This document shows positions 9,120 through 18,162 of a DNA stretch of 64,000 nt, in pieces. Source of the DNA: a virus (taxonomy: Duplodnaviria; Caudoviricetes). The stretch's first letter is position 1; every line of letters begins with the position of its first letter. The notes below the pieces were generated by a model. It ran no database searches, was not told the origin of the DNA, and worked only from the letters and a program-made list of their open reading frames with translations. The stretch is from positions 1 through 64,000 of IMG/VR virus record IMGVR_UViG_642791618_000001, one strand, 5' to 3'. A program made the translations under genes and the position numbers.

Positions 9120-10465
9120 GGGCGCCGGAGTGTGGCTTGTTGGATAGCACGCGCGCGATGCAAAACGGAGCGCCATTGGCCATGGAGATCGTTCCGCCGA
9201 CGGAGCACGCGCGCGAGCGTGCGTTCCCAGCGGACGAGGGTTTCGTGCGGAAAGCGCGGGAGGAAGACGTGGGCAAGATCGGCGGCGCGGATGAACTGCT
9301 GAGCGGTGCCCGAGGTGAACAGGCGGATTTGCCGGGCGACGGGTTCGGTGGCGAGGATGAGCGCCCATGCGCCAGGCGTGTCGTGGAAACGCAGCCGCGC
9401 CCAATGATCGACGGCGAATACCGGAGCTGGCGGGTCGTCGGCCAGCCAGGCGACACGGGGATCGGAGCCGAGCGTGGACATCAGCACATCGCCGGCGTGA
9501 AGCGGCCGGCCGTAAAGCCGGGAGCCGGCCGAGGTGGAACGAGGTTCATCCGGGATGTTCAGGTCGAACGAGCGGCGAACATCGCTGAGGCGCAGTGTAC
9601 GCACTGGCTGGCCGGTTTCACCGAGCCGCTCCGACGGGGTCGGAAAGACAAGGTCAGGCAAGCGCTGCCAGTCGGCGTCCCGGTGAAGAGTCTCCGCCTG
9701 GGCGTTAGCCGCGACATGCACCGGGACCAGCGAGTCATCAATCAACTCGCAGGAGAACCAATCGCACCACGTCGGCGCGCCATAGCGAGATGCGGTTTCG
9801 TTCCAGCTCGTCCGGGCAACTTCGTTCTCGACGGTAGTACCGACCTCCCCGTGGAGTCGCATCAGCTCGGTGTCGGCCTCGGCCAACGCTGCTAGGGCCA
9901 CCCAGGCTTCCTGCGCCAAAGGCGCGAGCACTGCTGGCGGCGGAGGCAACGCGAGATCGCGCAGCACAGAAAGCCTAAGCCGCGGCAAAACGGCAGCTCC
10001 CGACCGGCGTACCAGCATATCCGTGAACGCCGCAGTGTTCAGCCAAAGAAGCCACCAAAAGGCCACGCTGCGGTCGAGGCCACGTAGGATTATGCAGTTT
10101 GCATCCACGGGATGCCGATGATGCACGGGCATGACCCACGCGGCGCGGATCGGCGCGATCTTCGTAATGAGAACGTCTGCAGGGCGAATGCACCGCGAAT
10201 GCTCGACCTCGGGCACTTCGCCATGCTGGGAGTCCATGGACAGGAAAAATTCTCCGATGTGGGCGGATCGGTACAAAATGGAGGCCTTCCCGTCGGCATC
10301 CGGATCCGCCCTCAGCCCTTCCAGGAAGTGGCGGGACGCTCCGCGAACTTTATTACTAAAGAATAAAAGATACGGACTGCGACAGAAGAAGGCGGCGTCC
10401 AGAACGTCAAAACCCGCTATGGCACTAGGGGAGATGCGCGAAGTGGCTGACGTTTCTGATTCCAT
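9116..10465 (-). CDS. Second, divergent HsdS-like specificity subunit
   Basis: IRPADVLITKI, LPRLRLSVLRDLALPPPP, LHAGDVLMSTLG, GTAQQFIRAADLAHVFLP: degenerate TRD and conserved-region pattern. Confidence 0.7.
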   Translation of the reverse strand: MESETSATSRISPSAIAGFDVLDAAFFCRSPYLLFFSNKVRGASRHFLEGLRADPDADGKASILYRSAHIGEFFLSMDSQHGEVPEVEHSRCIRPADVLITKIAPIRAAWVMPVHHRHPVDANCIILRGLDRSVAFWWLLWLNTAAFTDMLVRRSGAAVLPRLRLSVLRDLALPPPPAVLAPLAQEAWVALAALAEADTELMRLHGEVGTTVENEVARTSWNETASRYGAPTWCDWFSCELIDDSLVPVHVAANAQAETLHRDADWQRLPDLVFPTPSERLGETGQPVRTLRLSDVRRSFDLNIPDEPRSTSAGSRLYGRPLHAGDVLMSTLGSDPRVAWLADDPPAPVFAVDHWARLRFHDTPGAWALILATEPVARQIRLFTSGTAQQFIRAADLAHVFLPRFPHETLVRWERTLARVLRRRNDLHGQWRSVLHRARAIQQATLRRP

Positions 10466-10616
10466 GCAGGCTCACACCTTGCAATAGTTTGCGCGAACGT
10501 GCAAGACAAAATGAAATGTGAGTTCGCATGTATGAACACATTTCTGATTGACGACGCCAAAAAACCTGCCAAGATCGGGACCGTGATTCACCGATTCGCG
10601 AGTGCGGTCGGGGAAG

Positions 10617-10712
10617 AGCATCGGGTGGGAACGCGGAGTTACACGCGCCCCACCCGACGCTGGAGACAGACCGAAGCCCGTCCGTGAGAAGACTTCAGCT
10701 TCGGTCGGTCTG
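10617..10712 (+). promoter_or_regulatory. Structured 5-prime leader (two hairpins) upstream of the DUF1883-MBL-membrane cassette
   Basis: Stem 10617-10635 pairs with 10644-10661. Arm 10667-10677 can pair with 10698-10706 (9 bp) or 10705-10712 (8 bp). Confidence 0.4.
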
Positions 10713-10767
10713 AAAGCGGAATCAAGACAAACCAACGCCGGTAACCTCGGCAGCAGTTCAGACCGAT

Positions 10768-11028
10768 ATGAAATATCTACACGAAGAGTTCGATTGTGCG
10801 GGCGGCGAGACCGTCCGCGTGGACCTCAACAAGCAGGCCAACGTGCGCCTGCTCGACGACAACAACTACCGCCACTTCCGCTCCGGCGGCAGGTATCGAT
10901 GCGGAGGCGGCTTGGCGAAAACGACGCCGGTCTTGCTCACCGTTCCCAACGCGGGTCGCTGGCATGTCGTCGTGGACCTCGGCGGTTACGCCGGCAGCGT
11001 CCGCGCGTCCATCACCCTGCTCAACTGA
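10768..11028 (+). CDS. DUF1883-family small beta protein
   Basis: ANVRLLDDNNY..F..G.RY..GG.A..TPV.L.VP..G.WHVVVDLGGYAGSVRAS matches the DUF1883 pattern as recalled. Confidence 0.8.
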   Translation: MKYLHEEFDCAGGETVRVDLNKQANVRLLDDNNYRHFRSGGRYRCGGGLAKTTPVLLTVPNAGRWHVVVDLGGYAGSVRASITLLN

Positions 11029-11038
11029 GGAAACGACC

Positions 11039-12031
11039 ATGGCAAAAATTCATTTCCTCAACGTTGGACATGGCGATTGCACCGTCATCGAACACGGAAA
11101 CGGCAACCTGTCGGTCATCGACATCAACAACGGCACTGAACTCGACGACGATTCCGCCGATATCCTCCTCCACGCTTATGCCCGCAACACCACGGACTAC
11201 TTGGCGAAATGGATGGAGTGGAAAATTGGAGGGGTTCAAACGACCAGAATTCTCGCGGAGGCGGGATACGAAATCGAACTCACGAACCCGATTGAATTCC
11301 TCAAGAAGAACTATCCGGGACAACCGATTTTCCGATACATTCAAACCCACCCTGATTTCGACCACATGCGTGGCCTCGCGGCTCTTGAGAACTCTGGCAT
11401 CCCGGTGCTCAATTTTTGGGACGTGGCGCACACCCGGAAGTGGAAGGAGGGTGAGGACAAAGAGAGCGACAAAGCGGACTGGGAAGCCTACCAGCGCTAT
11501 CGTTCGGGGAAGAACAGCGCCACGGTGCTCAACCTGCTCCGCGGCTCCCATGGGAAATACTACAACCAGGACGACACTCCTGGTTCCGGCGGCAACGGTC
11601 TCCACATCCTCGCGCCCACCACAGAACTGGTCGCGGACTTCGACGAAGACGGGAAGCGGAACGAACTGAGCTACGTCCTCCAATATCGGGTCGCCAACCG
11701 CCGGATTATCTTCGGTGGCGACGCCGAGCAGGCGGGCTGGGAATCCATCCACAACCATTACGGCGCGAATTTGAAATGTGATGTGCTGAAGGCCAGCCAT
11801 CACGGTCGCGATACGGGATACTATCAACCGGCGGTGAAGGACATGAGCCCAACGGTGGTCATCGTCTCGGTCGGCAAGAAACCCGAGACCGATGCGAGCG
11901 ACAAATACGCCCAATATTGCCAGGAGGTCGCTTCCACCCGCTGGTATGGAGACATCACCCTGGAAATTGATGGTGAGGGAAACATGGCATGGACGACGAG
12001 CAAGCAGCGCAAGAGTAGGAGGGCGGCCTGA
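11039..12031 (+). CDS. Metallo-beta-lactamase-fold hydrolase, ComEC/Rec2 type (probable nuclease/phosphodiesterase)
   Basis: FLNVGHGDC, QTHPDFDHMRG, FGGDAE, LKASHHG. Confidence 0.88.
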   Translation: MAKIHFLNVGHGDCTVIEHGNGNLSVIDINNGTELDDDSADILLHAYARNTTDYLAKWMEWKIGGVQTTRILAEAGYEIELTNPIEFLKKNYPGQPIFRYIQTHPDFDHMRGLAALENSGIPVLNFWDVAHTRKWKEGEDKESDKADWEAYQRYRSGKNSATVLNLLRGSHGKYYNQDDTPGSGGNGLHILAPTTELVADFDEDGKRNELSYVLQYRVANRRIIFGGDAEQAGWESIHNHYGANLKCDVLKASHHGRDTGYYQPAVKDMSPTVVIVSVGKKPETDASDKYAQYCQEVASTRWYGDITLEIDGEGNMAWTTSKQRKSRRAA

Positions 12032-12777
12032 TGAAGACGAACTACTTCGACCACTATAGTTTCCGGGCTCGGCTCCAGCCGGCGTTTCTGGCGCTGGTGC
12101 CGCTCGCCGTGGGCGTGATGGCCTGGGCACAGCCCGGAGCAAAATGGGTGACGGCACTGTGGAGTTTGCTCGGCGCAGCGGGCTTTACCTTCTTCCTCGC
12201 GAATATCGCCCGAAACAGGGGGAAGAGCATCGAGCCGAAACTGTGGGAATCGTGGGGCGGCACACCGACGACGCAACTCCTGCGGCATCGAGGCGAAGGA
12301 AATCCCGTCCTTCGGGAACGCTGGCATCAGCAACTCGCGAAGCTGCTCGGCCGACCGATGCCGACCGCGGCAGAGGAGGTCGAGGACCCGGCTGCCGCAG
12401 ACGCCCTGTATGAAGCCGGAACGAAACTACTCATCGGGAAAACCTACGACGCAAAGGCGCATCCGTTCGTTTACCGGGACAACGTGAACTATGGCTTCTG
12501 CCGCAACCTACATGGCCTTCGCGGGCTCGGCATCGCTGCCTCGGTTGTCGGTGCTCTCGTGAGCGTCGGCGCGGGTGTCTGGTTTGTTGCGCAAGGGAAA
12601 GCACAACTGCTCCCGTGGGGCTCTGCCGGTATCTGCGTTGTCATGCTCCTCTGGTGGGTCTTCACCGTGACCGCAGCGTGGGTAAAAGTGCCGGCGATGA
12701 ACTACGCGCAGCATCTTTTCGCGGCGACGGAGAGCCTGACAAAAGCGAAGAAAGTGAAGCAACCACGCGACGATTAG
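12031..12777 (+). CDS. Multi-pass membrane protein (two N-terminal and two C-terminal hydrophobic helices)
   Basis: TGATG overlap with the MBL gene. Hydrophobic segments around residues 15-58 and 165-222. Confidence 0.8.
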   Translation: MKTNYFDHYSFRARLQPAFLALVPLAVGVMAWAQPGAKWVTALWSLLGAAGFTFFLANIARNRGKSIEPKLWESWGGTPTTQLLRHRGEGNPVLRERWHQQLAKLLGRPMPTAAEEVEDPAAADALYEAGTKLLIGKTYDAKAHPFVYRDNVNYGFCRNLHGLRGLGIAASVVGALVSVGAGVWFVAQGKAQLLPWGSAGICVVMLLWWVFTVTAAWVKVPAMNYAQHLFAATESLTKAKKVKQPRDD

Positions 12778-12908
12778 GCGTGCGTCTTCAAATAATTTTC
12801 GACGCGAAACTCAATCCCGCGAATGCTCTCCCACGTGTGCGCTTCGGGCCTGAGAACAGTTCGTAAGCGTCGTGGTAGAGCTTTGTGTCATCGATCTGCT
12901 GCACCGAG

Positions 12909-13928
12909 CTAACGGATTTGATAGTGCCCCACTTCTCCGGCCCCTACGAACTCGATTTGTGGCCCAAGGCTCGCCAAATCCCGTTTCGCGGTGGCGATTG
13001 AGACGGTGAACTGCTTCTCGTAATCTCGTCGTGTCAGCCGCTTGCCTTTGCGGAGCTGGGTGAGGAACCACTGCTTTCGTTCTTCCCCATCCGATTTCTC
13101 CGGCACAGCCACCTTGCCGTTCTTGCGCGTGACGCCGGCAGCAACCTCGACGGTGAGTTTGGGCGAGAGCTGATACCCGCGAGGCGTGGTGGCAATGATG
13201 TCGTTGCCGTCGCACGCCAGCCCGGCCTGTTCGGCGAGCAACTCAGATGCTCGCTTGCGGAACGTCTTCACCGCTTCAGCGATGGCCTTCTCCCCGCGCT
13301 CCACCTTGATTCGGTCAGCGAGGTCTTTGCCGGAGCAGGCTGGGAGGACGCATTTCGCCGTCCGGACGCAGAGCAGATTGATGATCTGCCAGATGCGACC
13401 GCTCGTGTTTTCGCAGAGTCGGACGCCGCACAATTCAACCGCCTCAGCGGTGACGATGAAATCGCCGCCGGTGAATGGCGTCAGAGCATGGCGTTTGGTC
13501 GTCGAAATCCGCGTGCGTTCGGTCGATGGAAGCCGGCGAGCGATGGCGTCGCCGATGGCTGTTTCGAGATTGTCGAAGGGCTTCTTCACGAAGTCGCTGG
13601 CACCGAGCTTGAAGACGCGCGTGGCGAGGTCGGGGCTGTCGTGACCATGCGCGGTGACGACGATAACGGGCGTGTGCCGATGCAGGACTGAGCCGCGAAT
13701 CTGTGACAGCAAGTTCGTGCCGGTCGGGATGAGCGGGGTCTTGCCGAAGCGCGTCGGGAGTTCGAGATCGAGCAGGATGTAGTCGTAACCTTGCTCCTTG
13801 AGCCGCAGGAGCGCGTCGTCCTGGCAGCCGACGGAATCGAACGTGTGACCCATTGATTCGACGCGGTCTTCAAGCGCCTCACGGACGCCTGGATTGTCGT
13901 CGATGATGAGGGCGTGCAGTTTCACCAT
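12909..13928 (-). CDS. Response regulator: REC domain plus winged helix plus C-terminal DeoR-like HTH
   Basis: LIIDDN, ILLDLELP (phospho-Asp), VVTAHG, FVKKP; GYQL wing; LTRRDYEKQFTVSIATAKRDL. Confidence 0.88.
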   Translation of the reverse strand: MVKLHALIIDDNPGVREALEDRVESMGHTFDSVGCQDDALLRLKEQGYDYILLDLELPTRFGKTPLIPTGTNLLSQIRGSVLHRHTPVIVVTAHGHDSPDLATRVFKLGASDFVKKPFDNLETAIGDAIARRLPSTERTRISTTKRHALTPFTGGDFIVTAEAVELCGVRLCENTSGRIWQIINLLCVRTAKCVLPACSGKDLADRIKVERGEKAIAEAVKTFRKRASELLAEQAGLACDGNDIIATTPRGYQLSPKLTVEVAAGVTRKNGKVAVPEKSDGEERKQWFLTQLRKGKRLTRRDYEKQFTVSIATAKRDLASLGPQIEFVGAGEVGHYQIR

Positions 13929-15073
13929 AGCGTTTCCTCCCGGCCTTCAATGGGCAGCAGCACAGTTACCCGCGTTCCTTCGTTCTCCACGCTGTCGATG
14001 TTTATCGATCCTCCGTGGGCGGCGATGTTCCGCCGGGCGATGGGCAGGCCAAAGCCAGTGCCGCTAAGCTGCTTCGAAGTCCGCCCCGGCACGAAGCGGC
14101 GGACCTCTTCCAGTTCGAGCGCGGAAAAGCCCATCCCATCGTCGGCAATCTCGACCTCGATCCACTCGCCTCGCAAGGCACGGGCAACGAGACGTATTTC
14201 GCCAGCACGGAAGCGGTTCGCGTCAATGGCGTGAGCTTCAAACGCGTTCTTCACCAGATTGCGAAAGGCGAGGACGATCTGGACTCGAGAGACGCCGACG
14301 GTGAGGTCCAAAGGCACCTCGGCGGAAAACTGCACGGACGAAGCATCGCACCCCCGAGCGGCAAATTCCTCACGCACCATGTTCACGGCCTCATTCACCA
14401 AGTCGGCAATGCGTTCCGTTCGCCGTTCCCGCGACGGTGCTTGCGTGTAGAGGCGCATATCGTCGAGGAGACGTTCGAGGTAGCCGACGTGGGTAGTCAT
14501 CCGACCCGCGAGCCTTTGAGTCAGCGCGGCATCGGTGCCACCACTGCGGACGAGCTGCTCGATGTTGGATTTCATCGCCGTGGCCACGCTCCTCATCTCG
14601 TGGACCGACGCGCCGACGAGTCCTTCATACATCCGCTGCGCCACATCGCGGGCGAGCCGCGCAATCTTTATACCCTGCGATTTTTCCAGCCGAGCCAGAT
14701 CGTCTTCCACTTTATCCAGCCCGCGGCGGCGTTTCGCTTCAGTGTTCTGCCCACGTCGACGGCGCTCGACCGCACGTTCGGCGGAACCTTTGACGAAAGC
14801 ATTTTCATCGGCGGTCAGTTGTGCGGCGAGTGGGGCGAAATCCGAATCGGGCAGGACGTGCAGGGCGTCGGCGACTTCCTTCCGAACCTCCCACTTCGTA
14901 TCGCCTGCGAGCAGCCGGAGCAGCGCGGAAGCCGACGACGGCGCGGTTTGGCCTGGACTGAGCAGCAGTGCTGCGTCGCGCACGAACTGCGCGCGGCGGG
15001 TCCACGCGAAGGCGTTTCGATCCGCTGTCAACGCGGCCACTGCATCATCCAAACTGGGCACGGCCTCGGACAT
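13922..15073 (-). CDS. Cytoplasmic histidine kinase with N-terminal HEAT-like repeats
   Basis: H-box SVHEMRS, N-box RNLVKNAFEA, G1 IADDGMGF, G2 GTGFGLPIAR. EVRKEVADAL and FVKGSAERAV are HEAT-like. No TM segment. ATG 15073 overlaps the ATPase stop. Confidence 0.85.
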   Translation of the reverse strand: MSEAVPSLDDAVAALTADRNAFAWTRRAQFVRDAALLLSPGQTAPSSASALLRLLAGDTKWEVRKEVADALHVLPDSDFAPLAAQLTADENAFVKGSAERAVERRRRGQNTEAKRRRGLDKVEDDLARLEKSQGIKIARLARDVAQRMYEGLVGASVHEMRSVATAMKSNIEQLVRSGGTDAALTQRLAGRMTTHVGYLERLLDDMRLYTQAPSRERRTERIADLVNEAVNMVREEFAARGCDASSVQFSAEVPLDLTVGVSRVQIVLAFRNLVKNAFEAHAIDANRFRAGEIRLVARALRGEWIEVEIADDGMGFSALELEEVRRFVPGRTSKQLSGTGFGLPIARRNIAAHGGSINIDSVENEGTRVTVLLPIEGREETLW

Positions 15074-16950
15074 CAGAATTGGTATCGCTTGCCGCGTTTG
15101 CGGAATGCTTCCTCCCCGCCTTCGAGCAGTGTGACGATGCTGTCCTTGCACTCATCCACGGTGCCTTCGCGCGTCTTTCGTCCGTGCTCGCCATCGGACT
15201 CCATCACGACGACGCGCTCGGCCTCTCCAAGCACGGGGATGTTTGGATTGTGGGTCACGAAGATGAGCTGCCGGGTCGCTTTCACCGCTTGGATATTGGC
15301 CACAACAGCCTCGAAAATGAAGCTGTTATCGAGGTTGTCCTCCGGCTGATCGATGAGCAGCGGGTTTTCGCTTTCAAGTAGCAGGATTGGCAGAATCGTC
15401 GTGCATTTCTGGCCGGTCGAAAGCTGCGTCGAGGGTTTGTAGCCTTCGCCGTCGCGCAATTCGATGGTTGGCTCATCGAGTAACTCCACGGTTTCCAGCT
15501 CAGCGAGCGTTGTCGGACGATTGAACGTGACCATCATCTTGGCAGCCTGGTCTGCGTTGAGTTCGCCACGATCCATCAGCAAGCGCGAATCGCCCGCACG
15601 CACGAGAGCCGCCAATTGCGTTGGAGGCAGCAGCCGGACGAGCTTTTGCGCGATCATACCCCGCTGCACACCGGCGCCTTTGAGCGTGTCTTCGATGAGA
15701 CGCTGGTAGGTATCCGGGTTGCCATCCTGCGCCACGGTCACGCGGATATTCGGTGCGAGAGCACGGTTCAGCCGGTCGGCGATGCCCTTGCGAAGATTGA
15801 AGCGCCGATCGCGTAATTCGGACAGTTGCGTGATCAGCTTCTGATGTGACTCAGAGTGTTTCGCGAGTTGCCGGGCAATTTCGTCCGCTTCGCGTTTGCG
15901 CTCACCGAGTTCATTGCGGCGGCGTTCAAGAGTGGCGCGCTCTGCCGACTGTGCTTGATGCTGCTTGTGTTTCTCGATCAACTCGCGGAACGCGAGTTCC
16001 TGCTGCTCGTGTGCGTTTTGCAGCTCCGTCTTGAGGGCGCTCAGATTCGCGAGAAAATCCTCAATTGTGTGGCGCGCCTTGTTGAGGTGGCCGTCGGTCG
16101 TGGTCGCGCTCGCGAGCATTTGCGTGTGCAGCCGGGTCAGGATCGCGGCATTAGGGCCGGTGAGCAGGTCTTTAGGAAGGTGGGTTCCGGTGATCGCCTT
16201 GGCATGTCCGATGAGTGACTGGATCTGCTCTACGTATTCGCAAAGTGAAGTGCTCGCTGTGCGCACAGCCCGAACTTCCCGGTCGCGGTTCCCCTTGAGC
16301 CGGTGGGCTTCGTTGATCACGGCTGCGTCGTTGCCTTGCCCACCCGCGAATGCGGCGAGCTTCGCCTCAATCACGGGCAACTGCTTGGCTTCTTCCTCAG
16401 CGGTCGCGCGCTTCGTGGTCAGCGTTTCAACCTCGCGGGCCAGCGCTGTGATGTTCTGGCAGACCACGCTGATATGCGCATTCAGACCGACAATGTCGTC
16501 CGCCGTGAAACTGTCGATGAGGTCGAGTTGATACCGACTCTGATCGGCGATGGATTCGACTTCGTTTTGGCTGAACACATCGGCGCGGAAGAGCGACTTC
16601 ACTGCGATGCCTGTCGGCTGACGTTTCAGGTCCAGAACAATGGGGTCCTCGTCGACTGCCCGGCTGATGATGTAGTGGAGCCCGTCCGCGGTTTCGATCT
16701 CGAGTTCAATCCGGCCGCCTTCGAGGTTGCCATCGACGAGCGCCTCAATGCGTTTCCGAGCCGAAGCGGCCACTTCGCGACGCGGCAGCGCGTCCATCGC
16801 GTAGCGGATGAGTTCGAGGATGGTCGTCTTGCCGGTGCCGCGCGCGCCGATGATGCAATTGAGGCCGGTGGCGAGGTCGATGCGCACGCCATCGAGGAAG
16901 CCGCCAATGATCGAGAGGCTTTTGAGTTGGTGTCTGCGTTTCGTTTTCAT
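15073..16950 (-). CDS. SMC/RecN-like coiled-coil ABC ATPase (TrlF/AAA_23-like, no PHP domain)
   Basis: Walker A GARGTGKTT, long coiled coil, signature LSTGQK, Walker B LLIDQPEDNLD, H-loop FVTHN. Confidence 0.88.
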   Translation of the reverse strand: MKTKRRHQLKSLSIIGGFLDGVRIDLATGLNCIIGARGTGKTTILELIRYAMDALPRREVAASARKRIEALVDGNLEGGRIELEIETADGLHYIISRAVDEDPIVLDLKRQPTGIAVKSLFRADVFSQNEVESIADQSRYQLDLIDSFTADDIVGLNAHISVVCQNITALAREVETLTTKRATAEEEAKQLPVIEAKLAAFAGGQGNDAAVINEAHRLKGNRDREVRAVRTASTSLCEYVEQIQSLIGHAKAITGTHLPKDLLTGPNAAILTRLHTQMLASATTTDGHLNKARHTIEDFLANLSALKTELQNAHEQQELAFRELIEKHKQHQAQSAERATLERRRNELGERKREADEIARQLAKHSESHQKLITQLSELRDRRFNLRKGIADRLNRALAPNIRVTVAQDGNPDTYQRLIEDTLKGAGVQRGMIAQKLVRLLPPTQLAALVRAGDSRLLMDRGELNADQAAKMMVTFNRPTTLAELETVELLDEPTIELRDGEGYKPSTQLSTGQKCTTILPILLLESENPLLIDQPEDNLDNSFIFEAVVANIQAVKATRQLIFVTHNPNIPVLGEAERVVVMESDGEHGRKTREGTVDECKDSIVTLLEGGEEAFRKRGKRYQF

Positions 16951-16974
16951 CGAGACGACCAATCTTGCGAAAAG

Positions 16975-17140
16975 CCGGTATCACCAAGCGAAACCCGGCT
17001 CGGTATCACAGTCCATATGGCGCGCGTGATACCGGTATCACGGATCGGCTGATACCGGCATCGTCAGCCGGGCGGCGCCATCCGGCTGACCGTACGGGAT
17101 TGGTAATTCGGAACCGCACCGGGAGGACACGATACCGGCA
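16975..17140. promoter_or_regulatory. Array of five GATACC(GG) operator-like sites in the divergent intergenic region
   Basis: Perfect 18-bp palindrome CGTGATACCGGTATCACG at 17025-17042. Related sites at 16975-16984, 17001-17009, 17050-17062 and 17131-17140. Confidence 0.7.
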
Positions 17141-17206
17141 CTCATGGGATTTCTCGGCCCGTCACGCAAACCGCGGGGCACCGAAAATCAAAACCAAATC
17201 GCAACC

Positions 17207-18162
17207 ATGAGTATTCTCGCATCCACCATCCATCGCGGCCCGCTTGTTCGGGCGCAGAAGACAGTCATTTACGGCCCCGAGGGCATCGGCAAGACCACCC
17301 TTGCGGCGCAGTTCCCATCGCCTGTGTTTCTCGACACCGAGGGCGGTACCCATCATCTCGACGTGGCGCGTTTCCCCGCGCCAAAGACTTGGGATGACGT
17401 GACGAAAACTATCGCCGCACTCGCGTCCGAGCCGCACGAGTTCAGGACTCTTGTCGTCGATACGGCGGACTGGCTTGAAAAGCTCCTCATCGAGGACGTC
17501 TGCCGCCGCGCGAACAAAACGAGCATCGAGGAATTCGGCTACGGCAAAGGCTACGTGGTGCTCGCGGAGGAGGTAACAAAGTTCCTCGCATCGCTCAATG
17601 CGCTGCTCGCTCGCGGAATGCACGTCCTGCTGCTCGCGCACTGCCGAATTGCGAAGTTCGAGCAGCCCGACGCGGCGGGCGCGTATGATCGCTACGAGCT
17701 GAAGCTCACCAAGCAGGTCGCGCCGCTGGTGAAGGAGTGGTGCGACATGCTGCTCTTCGCGAACTACTTCACGAAGATCGCGGAGAATGACAGTGGCAGA
17801 AACGCGGTGTCGGCGGACGCGAGCGCAAGCTCTATACGACCCACACGGCCGCGTGGGACGCCAAGAACCGGCACGGCTTCGAGGAAAATCTGCCGTTCGA
17901 GTTCGCCGCCGTTGCGTCGGCTTTCGGTGCCAGCACAGAAATCAAACCAGTGGCTCCGGTCGCGAATCCCGTCGAGAGGCTCGCGGAGTTGGTCTCCGGA
18001 AAAGAAGACGTGGTGAACGCATTCCTTGTCGCTCGGCAGCAAATCAAGACCGGGCAGACGTGGCGTGATGTCGCACCCGACTACGCCCTGCGCGTCATCA
18101 GCAAACCGGATGATTTCCTCCGCGCCGTCGAAGCGCAGCTCGCGAACGGAGGTGCGAAATGA
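17207..18162 (+). CDS. Phage ATP-binding recombination protein (AAA_24/Sak4-like), one frameshift near 17800
   Basis: IYGPEGIGKTT, FLDTEGG, LVVDTADWLE. The conserved tail GGRERKLYTTHTAAWDAKNR continues in another frame to the stop at 18162. Confidence 0.85.

Noticed and set aside
1-10465. Naming the left operon BREX, MADS or DISARM
   Set aside because: Hallmark genes (PglZ, BrxL, MAD6 kinase, DrmA/B) are not visible and the gene order does not match what I recall.
15073-16950. Calling the ABC ATPase Ppl, PARIS AriA or Lamassu LmuB
   Set aside because: No PHP domain, TOPRIM partner or nuclease effector; it is coupled to a kinase and regulator instead.
16975-17140. GATACCGG repeats as a CRISPR array
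   Set aside because: Units are short, mixed in orientation and irregularly spaced; no cas operon. The Cas4-like fold at 18159 is a normal phage exonuclease.
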